A program made the position numbers and the translations under genes. DNA of 64,000 nucleotides. It comes from Lytechinus pictus (taxonomy: Eukaryota). This document shows positions 1-13,020 of the stretch, piece after piece. How positions within the stretch are numbered: the first letter of the stretch is position 1; every line of letters starts with the position of its first letter. The notes under the pieces are model-generated. The model was not told the origin of the DNA. It saw only the letters and a program-made list of their open reading frames with translations, and did no database searches. The stretch spans positions 20,958,001-21,022,000 of the forward strand of contig NC_087250.1 in NCBI RefSeq assembly GCF_037042905.1, given 5' to 3'.

Positions 1-282
1 CATTTATAAACATTGCATTAACAGAGCTGCGAAGTAGTACTGATATAATGAGAAGAATATTTATGGTTTCATGCAAAATACTGATTTCCGAAGTTCCAGT
101 TTTATGTGTTGTCCGACTCCTATGGTAGTTATTTGAAAATACTGCTTTCTTCACCAAAATACAGACTTTCAGCTTTTGTAATACTGAAATGTTCTTGTTA
201 AGGTTGGCAGCTATGTATTGAGTGCTATGTGAATGTTGAGTATAGGTATTATTCATCTTTCTTTCCCTCTCTTCTTGCACAG

Positions 283-482
283 TCTCACACAGCGGGAACA
301 TCCCCATCGACGCCATCATCGACATCGCCAGGACGATGAGGGAGCGTTCCATGGCTCGTGAGCTCAAGGGAACAGTCAAGGAAGTCTTGGGAACGGCTCA
401 GTCTGTAGGATGCACCGTGGAAGGACAGAACCCTCATGATATCATTGAACAGATCAACGATGGAGACATTGAAATCCCAGCG
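283..482 (+). CDS. RPL12: 60S ribosomal protein L12 (uL11), penultimate coding exon
   Basis: Polypyrimidine tract + AG at 281-282 and GTGAGT donor at 483. Translates as [66 protein letters not shown], the recognisable C-terminal part of eukaryotic RPL12. Upstream exons lie outside the window. Confidence 0.96.
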
Positions 483-881
483 GTGAGTTATTGAGCAGGG
501 TGTTCTTTGGGGTCTAACAAATGAAATTTTGCCTTGAGATTACATCTTCTCAATGTCATGGGGAGAACTGATTCTGATTCAGACATCATACATTACAAAA
601 ATCATTTTCATATTTGACATGTCAGTGGGGGAAATCAGAGCTGATCCGGTGGTGATGACACTGCATTGAGTACTGGTTTAAAATGTTGAGCAGTAATAGT
701 GAAAACCGAGCATTTGAGTAGGAAAATTCAAGTAACATTTGTTATCTCCACCTCCATTTATCCTGTAGTCCCCCCGTTAAGAATGAATTCTGTCAATTTA
801 ATGGGGTACATTGGTTGCCTTTTGTTGTGCTCTTTTGTCATGTCCCCCTGTGTTCAACGCGAGTGCTGTCTGCGGCAGACC

Positions 882-1218
882 CCTGGGCCCTGTTTCACAA
901 AGACTTGTTATAATAATGATGGACAATTTCTTTTAACAATTTTACTACAGGTAATAATTTTGCTTTACAAATTTGAATAGCGTTTTGGGTCATTAGAGAA
1001 AAGCTCTCAACTACTAGTAAGTAATTTCCTATGTAAAAAGATGCCATACAAAAGATTATGCATAGCAGTCTTTCAAAATTGTGGAGCAAATTGCGACACG
1101 ATACCAGGAAAATTATTCCCTGTACTATAATCACCCAATCAGATTGAATGATTTCAGTAACTTGTAACTGTTATTGCAAATTTGTTGATATAACAAATTT
1201 TATGAAACCGGGCCCAGG
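882..1218. mobile_element. MITE in RPL12 last intron (GGGCCC..TTTCACAAAG family)
   Basis: Inverted ends cctgggccctgtttcacaaagacttgttata / tataacaaattttatgaaaccgggcccagg. A related short copy lies at ~3241-3341, and a similar MITE abuts it at ~1221-1375. Confidence 0.7.
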
Positions 1219-1448
1219 TAGGTGTTTCACAAAGCTATTTATAAAGTTACACAAGACTGGATCATGTTCTTACGTGCTAAGTCAGCTATATAGGGATATA
1301 CGAGTGTGCACGATAAAGGGTTACCAGTCTTTCCTAAAGTCATTCCTAACATACAAACATCTTTATGAAACAACCATCTTGGATTCTTATTAAAACAAGT
1401 AAAAATGTACCCAACTGACACTTTTTTTTTTCCTTTTCTCTCTTGCAG

Positions 1449-1454
1449 GAATGA
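1449..1454 (+). CDS. RPL12: RPL12 terminal exon coding part (GAA TGA = E, stop); 3' UTR to ~1560
   Basis: Strong acceptor (T/C tract, TTGCAG ending 1448), phase-0 match to the donor at 483, and ATTAAA polyadenylation signal at 1541-1546. Confidence 0.85.
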   Translation, partial: E

Positions 1455-1759
1455 TCTGGACGTGCAAAGCCAGCGGAAGCAAGGAGGCATGATTCTTTGA
1501 TTTCAGTCCAGCATTTAACATCTTGTGCTGTGAATGTGTGATTAAAGACATCACAAAAAAAACAACAGCAATGTCCCGTCTGCTTTTGATTTCTGTCAAG
1601 GTGTTTATTTTGATGAGTGGTAATCAGAAGGTTTAAGTGAAAATTACAGATTTTAAGATTTCAGGGCTCGAATGCGAAATCAAAAGGAGCAGGGCCATTT
1701 TTAAAATGGGCATTTTTTTTACCCTTTTTTTTTTTAGTCCAAGGTATTTTTGGAGTTCC

Positions 1760-2506
1760 TGTGGGGGGGGGGGGCTGCTAGAGGCCCCCCACCCTTGAGA
1801 TCTCAGCCGTTGATCGCGCGATCACACCGAAAATTCGCACGCAAGTTGTCTACAATAATTTACAATATTGTATATTAATTTCTTTCATACAAGTTTCTAA
1901 TTGATTATGCTAATGTATGCGTAATACTTTTTCCTCTAACTCCCTAATAAAGCTCAAAATGTTCAAATTTTTGGTGTAGAAACTATTTCTTGTGTTGGCA
2001 AATATATGTGAATAAAATTGCGATATTTTTGAGCAAGTTTTCGTTCGACATGCACTTACAAAAGGTTGCGTAATTTGGGAAGCGCATACCCGAGTGACGC
2101 AAATTTGGTCTCAAAAGATGCGCAAGACTTTAAAGTAAAAAGTCAGCTAGCTGCGCGGTCTAATAATTGCGCACAGCAAAAATATTACATGAATCGTTCG
2201 GGGAGGGGTCTCTGAGGAAAGGAAGATGCTCACTTTTTGGGCATTCAAGGCCATGAAATAAGGGCATCAATTCTAGTAGTTGAAAGTACTTTTCAATGGG
2301 ATACATGCACTGGATTACCACAAAGCACCAAAACCTCTGGCAATGAGATTTTTCGCAGAATTTGATTTTATAGCTATGTAGATAATGCCATGGGTAACGC
2401 GCGTGCCAATTTTCGTCGCGATCGACGGCCAAGATCATAAGCGGGGCTGAATCAGCCCCCCCCCCCCTTCTTAGGCGTTGAAATAGCCCAGTCTATTTAG
2501 GGTTAA
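1760..2506. mobile_element. Non-autonomous piggyBac-like element, left end degraded
   Basis: Right end ...tatttagggTTAA. Internal inverted match between ~1797-1842 and ~2398-2436. Related internal sequence at ~14210-14400. Confidence 0.5.
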
Positions 2507-2587
2507 AATATTCATGATCAAGTTGGCATCTCTGATAGGCAGTGTGAAAGCGAAATGAGTTGTCTGAAAAGAGTGAGAGAAGAACTA

Positions 2588-3207
2588 TTAAAGGGGAAGT
2601 TTACCCTCTCAATAAGTTGGTTATAAAAGCAGAGCAATAATAGGCTATACCTGCTTAACATAGCACCTAACACTTTTTCAGAGGTCTCTATAGCGCTCTG
2701 CAGTAAGTGCAACATCATATGTTACTCTGGCATGACTAGAGCAGCAGTTGCTCGCTCGGCATTACAAGGGAAAAATTTCTACTAACATTGGTGAAGGCTT
2801 GATGAAAATCTGCAAATAAATAATGGAGTTATGAATTTTTCTAAAGTGTTGAATTTGTGACGTCACAGACCAGCAGCTCCTGCTTATGCAGTGGGGTGTT
2901 AGTCCCCCTAATGTGCAATTTGAAAAATAAAAATAAAAAAGTGGTTTTATTTTTGCTGTGGATATATACTATAATTATTTCAATTCATCATGTTCTCTTG
3001 TAAACAATTGAAATTATAGATATTTTTTATACCACGTAATGTATGGGGAGCAGCCCCCAATGAGGTCACAAATGAGTGAATGAAAAAAAAATGGATGATA
3101 ACTCTTGTTCTTTGATGGATTTTCATCAAACCTTCACCAATATTTTTTTCTGAATTAAATTTTTCTGTTCGTATCGAAACCTAATTATCATTGTGAATTT
3201 CCCCTTT
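2588..3207. mobile_element. Old Kolobok-like MITE
   Basis: TTAAAGGGGAAGTTTAC at left and gtgaatttcccctttc at right; internal inverted match gtgaaggcttgatgaaaatc / gattttcatcaaaccttcacc. Confidence 0.55.
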
Positions 3208-3408
3208 CGGAGTGGGTTACGATCCCCCTTCTGTTAAATCAGGGTCCCGTTTTACAAAGACATCAATCAAACCGAAAGATTTCAGTAACTTATAACAACT
3301 ATTGCAAATTGTTATTATAACACTGTTTATGAAACGGGCCACACAAGAGATTGATATGCATTCCCATAGAGTTGGAATCCACTCTTGTTAGTTTGAAAGC
3401 CAATCATA

Positions 3409-3990
3409 TTAAAGGTCAAGTCTACTTCCATTTTGGAGAAAAATCAAACTAGAAAACTGCTGTAAATTTCATCAAAATCGGATGTAAAATAAGAAAGTTA
3501 TGACTTTTAAAGTTTTGCTTATTTTTCACAAAATAGTGATATATGTACAATTAAAATGAGACAGTCGATGTCCTTCACTCACTATTTCTTTTGTTTTTTA
3601 TTGTTTGAATTATACAATATATATTTTTTTCTTTGACAATAAGGACCAACCTGACAACCATATAGTATTGAACAATGCTCCATCCACATGTTCAGGGAGG
3701 AATTAATCGTTGTTTCAGGTGTTTCACTTGACAATGAGGAGAAGAAAAAAAATCCCTATTTCAAGTAATAAAATACAAAGAAATAGCGAGTGGATGACAT
3801 CATCAGTCTCCTCATTTGCATACCCACCAGAATGTGCATATAACTGTTTTGTGAAATTGAGCAAAACTTTAAAATGTCATAACTTTCTTATTTTACATCA
3901 GATTTTGATGAAATTTTCAGTGTTATGCTTGTTTGATTTTTCTCTTTTTATTCAAATCAATTTTTTGTTGGGGGTGGACTTGTCCTTTAA
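3409..3990. mobile_element. Kolobok-like MITE (TTAA|AGG...CCT|TTAA)
   Basis: TTAA on both sides; ends aaggtcaagtc / gacttgtcctt. Same family as the copy at 46680-47287, alignable over most of its length. Confidence 0.8.
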
Positions 3991-5481
3991 CTGGACTTAT
4001 CTGAAGCAGTAATAGTCCCAATTTATATCCGTGCGAAAAAATGTAAGTGTGGATACAGTAGTAGTGTATAGTTTATTTATCATAATGACGGCCATCTTCT
4101 GATCATGGACAGTTTGAATTGAGTTGCTTTATTCTGCAACTTATACAGGACAATAGATTGTAAAGCACAACAAGGGGAGAATATAAATTCGTCTGCACGT
4201 CTGCGTGAGCAACGATCGAGGGATCAGGCGCAGGCCGGCTAGGCACGCGCACAGTATACAGCTAGGCACAGCTAGCTAGACAGGCTATAGGCCAGTTCGT
4301 AGATCCGTCACATTGGAACCGATGGAAGCGGCATGCAGGCAGCCTATCCAGAAATAGGTGAGCCTCTGTAGAGGACTAAATTCTGATGATATAATTCCCA
4401 CTGTGTACATTTAGGCCTACATTTCCAACGCTAGGTATATAGTGTACTAGGCCCTAGATCTAGTCAAGTTGAGTCGATAGGGTCGATATTGAGGTCGAAT
4501 GACCACCGGTCTGATGTCGTGATGAACATCTTTATTTGGGGAATGCAGTTAAATCGAGTCCCTGGACCCTGGACCTATTTTAACTTTATAGGATTAAAAG
4601 CAATGTCCCCATTAATGCTACTTCGTGTAAGATCTATGTGACAAAATTATAGCCGCTATTTCATTATTCATATGCCTACATTTTTTAAAAACAAATTGCC
4701 TTACGATCTACTACGCCTAGATCTATCTAGTTTTGTATTTTTTGGCACTGAAAAGATCCCATACAAGATACATAAAAGGCGAAGCTAGATAGGCCTAGCT
4801 ATATTGCCCTAGCAGAAATAAAATAAATGTTAAGAGTTTGTGGTATGGTATGATGATTGAATCAAATCGATTTTAAGATATGATATTCAATGATGAGGAA
4901 TTCTAAGGGTGGCAGTGGGGTTATACAGAGGATGTCATTGCAATTTTGCCAGACTGAGAAACCGTTGATACGCACATTTGTGCTTTCGGAATCCTCGATC
5001 TCTGGTTTGTTATACAAAGCTGTCAAGTATACAGTTTGTACTGAAAAGGAAAGTGGGAAGAATACTGATGGTTTCATGCAAAAGTAATATTCTAATAAAA
5101 GTTTCATGTGCTGTCTAATCTTATTTTGGCATTTCTTTGAATGATAAAAAAATACTCGAATTAAAAAAACACTGATTTTTAGCTTTCCAAATACCGAATT
5201 GAGATTTTCTTGCTCAGGTTGGCAGCTCTAGTGCATCCCAACTTTCTGCTTGGTGTGAAACTGACTTGGCAGACCCTGGGAACCTCTTTATTTTATTTTA
5301 ATTTTTTGACAATTATACAGGTGGTGCTAATGTAAATTTGACAAGCAGAAAAAATGGTTTCACGATACAAAATGAAGATTATTTTGGTCCCGAGAAATTT
5401 GACATGCAAAAAAGCTTTACTACACAATGTTAGTTTGGCATATTGGTTATATTTCTCTAAGTTACCGCACCCACATGGGGA

Positions 5482-6233
5482 CAGAGGCGTCGATCCTGGG
5501 GGGCAGAGGGGGGGGGGGGGGCGATCGCCCCACCAATGAAATTATTGGGGGGGGGGCAAACATATCGTTTTGCCCCCCCCCCCCCAATAATTCCGCATGT
5601 GTAAAAAATAAAATAAGATTGTAATGTTACACAGAAATCAGCAAGCGAGATCGAAATACACAACTCGTTCTTTATTTAAAATCATGCATAAAATGTCCGC
5701 TTTTCAGATTGGAATATAAAAATTTTCAGCTCGCGCTTCGCGCTCGCATCATTTCTGTAGCAAAAACCCATACTTTTCATGATTAATAGGTGAATAGAAT
5801 GTCCCGTTTTCAGTTCTAAGCCTCAAAATAACTCGCGGTTCGATTTGCAATAATCTTTTGTTGGATATATATCTTGTTCTTAATTAAAAACCTCCATTAA
5901 ACTCATTTTTTTTTCTGATCAAAATATCAAAATTTTCAGCTCGCGCTTCGCGCTCGCATATATTGTTTTTTAGATACCCATCTTAATCATTGGTACCAAA
6001 AAATGCATAGAATATCAAGCTTACAGGTCAGAATATAAAGAAATTTCACCTCCGGCTCTCGGCACTCGCATTATCTGTGTAGTGAGATATGTATCCTCAT
6101 GACAAACAGTCCTAAACAGGCACCTTTTTCCTGTTATCATATCAGTATACAAAAAAATTTCAGCTCGCGCTTCGCGCTCGCATTAATTTGTTGGTGAGAT
6201 ATGTGTCTCTATCTCATGAGTCATATACATATT

Positions 6234-6308
<75 letters not shown>

Positions 6309-6446
6309 ATAGATATATATATAGGCATATAAGGGTGTGTGGGTGTGTGTGTGGGTGAGTTTGTTTGTTTTGTGTGATCGAGCGCCTTTGGAAAGTTGAT
6401 TCATGATTTTGCCCCCCCCAATCTGAAAAATTGATCGACGCCCCTG
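5482..6446. mobile_element. hAT-like non-autonomous element
   Basis: TIR cagaggcgtcgatc / gatcgacgcccctg with a perfect 8-bp TSD CATGGGGA (5474-5481, 6447-6454). Internal repeats of tttcagctcgcgcttcgcgctcgcat and a (TA)n(TG)n microsatellite. Confidence 0.88.
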
Positions 6447-6563
6447 CATGGGGATGCTGCCTCTGGAAAAAATAACACCCAACACTCCCAGCACCCTCAC
6501 TTCCCAGCAGTCAGTCCGCAAGCCCTGAAAAAGTAGCTTCTTTTATCCAAGTGATATTCATGA

Positions 6564-7632
6564 CTAGAGGGTTTTGCATAGTTAATGAGCTTGGTGCGAA
6601 CCAAAACACCTCTTTTTATTCGGCCATTGCTGCTCTAAATATTGACAAAATTTCATGTTTTTGGTACCTTTGTAAAGAAGAAGAATCATTCTTTCAGGTC
6701 ATGTGTTTGGATTTTTAAAAGAATGTTGTAATATAGGAAAAACTTTTGATCTAAAACATGAAACAAAATATTTTTTTTTCATGCAACAAAAGTTGTTGTT
6801 TTCACACTTAATTTCTGTTTGGGCACAAATGATTTTTAGATCATGATAAAGCTGAAGATCTAATCTTTAATATGATATAATTTTTATAAGAAGATGTATT
6901 TTAGATGGGTCAGCAGCCAGCTTTTCATAGGCCAAGTACATTTTGCAGCTCAAAAACAAGAATACTGTGCTCTGATTGGTCATAGAGACCACACACCAAC
7001 GCAAATTCCAATGTTCCCCACACTGGGCCTCTGCAAGGTCACACTCACCATGTGGTAATCTCTCAAATTACCCGCGCCTGTTTGTTTTGAAAACAGTATT
7101 CAGCCAATCAGAACTCTGGATTTTATGTCACTCAGAAATTTCAGAAATCTCGTCTTGCATCTTGATGGAAAAAGCTGGCTGCTGACCCATCTAAAAGATG
7201 CCACATATCAAGAGTGACATTGTAAGAAAGTATAGAGTTTGAGCTTTCTGATGATATAAATAATGTTGGTGCCTAAAGCACAAAATGTTGCACAATTTGC
7301 AAATGAAAACAGAGGAAGAAAATTCTGTTTGATGCATCTTTTCAGGTAAAAAAATCACTCATTTATTAAAATATTTCATTCAAAAGAAATGACCAATATA
7401 AAAGAGTGACATTTACTCTTGCCCATGGTACAAAAATAATCAATATTACTCAAGGAGAAAGTAGTTAAATTCTTTGAGAAAGAAAGTCTCACAATTCACG
7501 AGATTTTGCAGGGAAATGAATTCAGCCACGAGAGGACTTGGATAAATCTTGCTCATTTGCTCATTAACACAGGGGCTTGCGGACTGACTGCCAGGGTCAT
7601 ATGTCTACTGGGCCAAATAAAAAATGCCCCTA
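6564..7632. mobile_element. Old foldback/MITE, ends approximate
   Basis: Inner inverted pair ttagatgggtcagcagccagctttt (6901) / aaaagctggctgctgacccatctaa (~7170-7194), with a weaker outer pair at ~6661 and ~7400-7433. Confidence 0.45.
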
Positions 7633-7974
7633 AATGTCAAATAGCACGTCATATGATCTTGTTATACTGCACCCCTAAAAAAAAAGTGCACAGCATTAAA
7701 AAAAAAAGAAATATACCCCTGCATGGCCTACCGTCTAAGGAGTTATAACTGGGAATATCCAAAGGTAAACAATTGTTCATTGGAAAGGATGGGAGGGAGC
7801 TAAATCCATATGCATATTTCCCAAAATCAACGCCTTCAGAAAAAAAAGAAATAGGTGTCAGTAATTCAACTTTTTACGGAGGATTTCTTTCAAAAAGCAG
7901 GTGCTCTTTATCGGATTATAGATACACGAAGATGAAATATTGAGGGAGAGTCTGTACCCCAATATCAAATTGAT

Positions 7975-8125
7975 CTGGGGCCCATTGCAGAAAGAGTTGC
8001 GTTTAAATGCAAGTCAAAAAATCAATCGCAAGTCCCAAATGCACACTGGTGATAGGTTGAAAATCAAGTTGCGCATGATTTTTAGAGTTGCGATTGATTG
8101 CAACTCTTTCTGCAACAGGCCCCTG
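7975..8125. mobile_element. Short palindromic MITE
   Basis: ggggcccattgcagaaagagttgc ... gcaactctttctgcaacaggcccc. Confidence 0.75.
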
Positions 8126-8359
8126 AATAACTGAGTACAAACGTAAAACTGGTATATCGAATCAATAACGAAGTTGTATGATTTTGAAGTCTTGGATTGC
8201 TTTATGAATCAGTGATAATAATGTGGACAGTATTTAAATGAGTAAGGGGATGGTGTCACACACTCATCTTTTCTTGTGTAAGCCTCGTGTTTGGTCAAGA
8301 ATATTCAAGCAATTAGTTTTTTGATAGATGTGAAATGTGCTGATAAAAATATGTCTCTG

Positions 8360-8697
8360 AATCGTGAAATTTAGCCAAAAAGGTTATATCGTCTTTTAGA
8401 AAGTACATTTTACAAGCCTTCTGACTATTTTTCATGATGAGAATGTGGAATGAGTTCCAATAAAATGGAATCAAAGTCATGATATTTGGCTTGTGACTTT
8501 TGAAAAGTGACATTTTTGCCTTCTGACGGTGCTCACTGAAGCATGACGTAAAATAGGTCCATAACATTTACTCAGATGGTAGCTTATTAAATTACCTACA
8601 CCGTACACGCTCATGTAAGGCATATTAAGAACTCGAATTGGTTCGGAAATTATTTGATGTTTGTTAAAGGGGGAACTTTCTTTTTTTGTTGCGTATA
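8360..8697. repeat. Dispersed repeat, probable DNA-transposon right end
   Basis: Direct, diverged copy of ~35522-35851 (shared tggaatcaaagtcatgatatttggct, acggtgctcact, ggttcggaaattatt). Confidence 0.65.
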
Positions 8698-10871
8698 GCT
8701 AGCTAGCCTAAGGAAACCGACGATTGTCTCCGAGGCTCTCCAAAAGATAATTTTGAGTTTTTTTGAAAGAAAATTTCGAGTTGTCCTAAATAGAGTAGAG
8801 GAATTTTATATATACCATTACTCCTCATTAAAAAATATGGTTAATAAAATCATCTTTCAAAAAAAGTTATGATTCAATATATAAAACGATCTTTTAAACA
8901 AGAAACACTCCAATCAAATACGCAATTGAAAAAAACCAACGTAATGAAGAGCCCTATTTCACATTTCTCGTGAAATCGTATCAAAGAGGTGACGGTCGGG
9001 GACATTTTAATCAATAATTGTAATCGATTATATTGATCGATTACATCAAGTATCGTTTATAAAACAAAATTGTTTATTAAAGAGGGAATTCACCCTTAAA
9101 GCGACCTTTCATTGACAAATCATGGGGAAATCAAGACCAATCTCAGAACGGAGAAGGGTTTAAAGTCTTTCACTCGGGTGTATATGCCTAGGGGTGTTAT
9201 GTAATAGACGCCGGCGTGTCTGGGAGGTCTAATACAGGAGAGCAATAGTTAGTAGACTAACCAAGCAGAAGAAAACTGTGTTTTCACTTTGAAACATGTA
9301 ACTTCACAAAGGTTATTTATTTTGGTTAAGCAATCAAGAGACCTGCTAAGAGTTTAGGAATTGGGATTGTTGGAAACTAGAACTGCGATAGCCCGAATTA
9401 AATAACGATCACGAGTTCGGTCGAATTCGTGTTGTCCGAACTTTTATCGCATTAGTCCGAAGGGCTCTCATGACGGACGGATTATATTATGCAAGTCAAT
9501 TGGCCTTTTGCAAATTACGTATTGATTCGATTTCCCCAAGATTTGACAATATAAGGTCGCTTTAACAGAAATGATAATACACAAATTGTAGGTTTGCCGA
9601 AAATCAATTAAAGATTAAGAAAGTGAATATAATTTCAAGTTTTGGATATGTGATTTCATAACCGAGCAGCTGTTTCATATTTTGATTAATATAAAATGCC
9701 TAAATTAAAATGTTTTACTTTGTTTGAGATGACTTATTTTTGTATTCTTTTTAGGAGCGGATGTGAAGTAATTGGACTATTGATGTACTCGTGATACAGT
9801 AAAATCTACATTTAGATTTTCTGAGAAAGTGGCCTTTCTCCGATTATTTTACCATACGATATGAGGGACAACTGCTTGCATTACGTCACAAGTCAAATAA
9901 TCAAAATGCTATTTTTACAATGAACGCTTTTTCAGGGTGAACCAAATTTTAATAAATGGCTTGTAATTCTTTGGCCGGGTAGTCTATTAAAGGCGCTTGA
10001 TCACAAAAGTCATGTGTTGGGTCCTTGGTCACGGCACTTATGACCGTGAGCAAGGAATTTAATCAACAATTTGATTCTTCATTCAAACACAAGAAAATGA
10101 TATAGCATTATTTATATATTTATGTGTGCACTTGTTTAGAAACATTGATGAATTTTATTCAGTAGAATAGAAATGGTTTTGTAGTGTTCTCCTGAATTTC
10201 ACAGTCATTTGCATAATTAATTACTTCAAATTAATTCAAAACTACTCTTCAGCCTTGTAGTTTACAGCCGGCCTTAGGCACTTTGTGCGAATTTTTGCGA
10301 CTGGAACACAAAGGTTAAGATTAATTGCTGATTGAAATGGCCTATCAAGATCATCGTTGCATGCGTATTTTATTCAGTAGACTATCGAGGAACCAATCAG
10401 AATTGTTCTTTCATATTAGCGATTAGTTGATAACCTTTGTGTAATACGGGCCCCAATAGTCGAGATCGGAAGGAGCGGGTGAATTTGATCTGGTCTTGCC
10501 CATTTCAAATATGACCAAAACAGAGTGATATTCATTCTCAGACACGTTAACCAAACGCTTCAGTGCCTCAAAAAAATTAGACTTACAATCGATTATAACT
10601 TTTAAAGCAAAAGAAAAAAAGCGAAAATGGAATATTTATAATGTGAATGTGTCCTATGAGAAGTCCTTAATCACTAATTAATAAGCTATCTTGGCCGATC
10701 CTTAAAAACGCAGTTTTCACAAACGAATTAATGGTAAAAACAAAAGAAGTTTGTTATATTTGCTGATTTCTGTCATTTTATTCTTTGAAAGTCTGAAATC
10801 TATTTTAATCGATTACAATAATGATAATATACAATTAAAAAAAATAATATAATTACTTAATACAAAAGTAA

Positions 10872-11204
10872 ACGGAGCAGTGGCCGAGTGGTCTAAGGCG
10901 CCTGACATCACTTTTAAATGCACTGTCAATGATTATAAAGTAATTCATTAATCTTGGGTGATTCTTTACAATGCAGCTTTCATAAAAAAGGTAAAGGAAG
11001 AAGCAAAGGTACTTTGTTATATTAGCAGATTCTGTCATTTTTTTTTTTTTTAGTTTGAAATCTTTTTTAATTGACTACAACATTGATAAAAGAAATTATA
11101 ATTACTTAATTCAAAAATGAAATAGAATAATATTATTGTCATTGTTTTAAGGCGCCTGGCAATACATGGAAAGTCCGGGGTTTGACCCTCGGCCGCGGCG
11201 CCAA
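10872..11204 (+). mobile_element. Two tRNA-derived SINE head fragments within a local tandem duplication
   Basis: A-box-like gtggccgagtggtctaaggcg at ~10879, and aaggcgcctggcaatacatggaaagtccggggtttga at 11149-11185. The matching tail is at 22602-22700 and a further copy at 22741-22880. Confidence 0.6.
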
Positions 11205-11208
11205 TTAA

Positions 11209-11670
11209 TTTTTTTTTTGTTATTTTTTTTTGTATTAAGTAGTTTTTATTGACAACTTCAATTCATATACAAAATAAAATATATATAACAAATAGAAGTT
11301 TGATGTCTTTACAAATTGATAAATACCTTGACAACTTATACATTTAACATCATTTTTTTCTTGAATGTTACAATAAAACACAATCATGTCAGACATCTTC
11401 TAAAACATAATTATAAATAACATTGATAATAATAATATGCATTAAGAATAAAATTCTACAATAAATTCAACATATTGAATTTTTTTCAGTGTCAAATACA
11501 CAAAAATAAATCATTAATAAAACCTAACGAATTGAAGCCATCAGCATATTTTTTTTTTAAACCCATCGCCTCGGCCTCTTCACTCAAATAAAATCAATCT
11601 CAACAACAAACTCAGCCCTGGACCCTACCCCCCCCCCCCCCTCCCCCGACCCTCCCTGAAACACCCCCAT
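11209..11670 (-). mobile_element. Probable 3' tail of a non-LTR retrotransposon
   Basis: Poly(T) at 11209-11231 followed by TTTATT (AATAAA on -), AT-rich body and a C-rich tract (G-rich on -). No coding remnant or TSD seen. Confidence 0.45.
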
Positions 11671-12039
11671 CCCCTGCGCGGGTCGCGCGTTTCCGTTTTA
11701 CATCCTGGCGAAGGCATTTTCCGCAAAAATAGCCACAAGGCGACTAGTGAAGAGTCTACACACGTCGCTGGTTGCAGCCACCGGATGCAATCTGCACAGT
11801 TACTGATCAGAGCATAGAGTTCCTCGGCACTTCATGTACAGAGAGCAGTCATATGAGTAAAATCCGAACATGCTTTTGCAGTTACGTTTTTTTTATGAAA
11901 AGTTATGAAAAAGTTTTTTTTTCTAAATATAAATTATCAACTAAATGAATAGAATGACAGACAAAATAAAAATAAACAGATACATATAATAGAAAGAAAA
12001 TTGAAGTTTGATGGATTGATACACTTAGATGCCGAAAGA

Positions 12040-12071
12040 TAGATATAGAAGACTGATAAATAGATAGAGAC

Positions 12072-12143
<72 letters not shown>

Positions 12144-12239
12144 ATATATAGATAGAAGTAGAGAGAGAGGGAGAAAGACAGAGAGATGGATAAATAGATA
12201 GATAGATGGGGGAGAGAACTTGAGAGATGGAGAGATGTT

Positions 12240-12270
<31 letters not shown>

Positions 12271-12328
12271 TATGGACGGATAAAGAGAAATAGAGAGAGA
12301 GAAAAAAAAGACAGACAGACAGATGGAT

Positions 12329-12364
<36 letters not shown>

Positions 12365-12578
12365 TCTGACAGATATATAGATGTTAGATAGATAGATAAA
12401 GAATGAGAGAGACAGAGAAGATAGATAAATTAACATATAAATAGAAACTGTAGTTACATAGATAGCTAGATAAATAGATAGATAGAAGATAGATAGAGAG
12501 AATTAGAGAAAGACAGACAGACGGATAGATAGATAGAGGGGGAGAGAGAGATAGAGAATTTGAGAGATAGGTACATGT

Positions 12579-12609
<31 letters not shown>

Positions 12610-12686
12610 AGAATGAGAGAGACAGAGAAGATAGATAAATTAACAGATAGATAGATACTGTAGTTACATAGATAGATGAATAGATA

Positions 12687-12728
<42 letters not shown>

Positions 12729-12967
12729 GGGGGAGAGAACTTGATAGATGGAGAGTTGTTATAGATAGATAGATATACATATATGGACGGAAAAGAGAAA
12801 GAGAGAAAACAAGACAGATGGATAGATAGATAGATAGATAGAGGGAGAGAGATAGAGAGAGATAGATAGATAGATAAAGAATGAGAGAGACAGAGAAGAT
12901 TAACAGATAGATAGATACTGTAGTTACATAGATAGATAGAGATAGAATTTGAGAGATAGATAAATAA
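12040..12967. repeat. Complex (GATA)n/(GA)n/(GACA)n satellite with higher-order units; continues at 20700-21270 and 22030-22250
   Basis: Long perfect GATA runs interleaved with recurring units such as gaatttgagagatag and tactgtagttacatagatag. Confidence 0.95.
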
Positions 12968-12981
12968 GAAAGTCAATAGGG

Positions 12982-13020
12982 GCCTAAGCTTTCGATCCTA
13001 GCAGAATCTTCGTCGGAGGC
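12982..13020 (-). ncRNA. Minimal type I hammerhead ribozyme (Penelope type, U4C core variant)
   Basis: Minus strand: GCCU-CCGACGA-A-GAUUCU-gcu-AGGAUC-GAAA-GC-UU-AGGC. Stem I 4 bp, stem II 6 bp, palindromic AGCU stem III. Confidence 0.7.

Noticed and set aside
4190..4820. CpG-rich promoter-like patch with ATG and GT donor
   Set aside because: Lies upstream of a GTTGGCAGCTCT transposon-type end (~5218-5230) shared with other repeats; more likely TE-internal, and no downstream exons were found.
10872..10910. tRNA-like 5' half (also 52202-52270)
   Set aside because: No complete cloverleaf or acceptor stem; continues into SINE body or unrelated sequence.
11903..12976. ORFs of 130-250 aa rich in LSIY (also 20602-21351)
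   Set aside because: Translations of (TATC)n satellite, which lacks stops in those frames.
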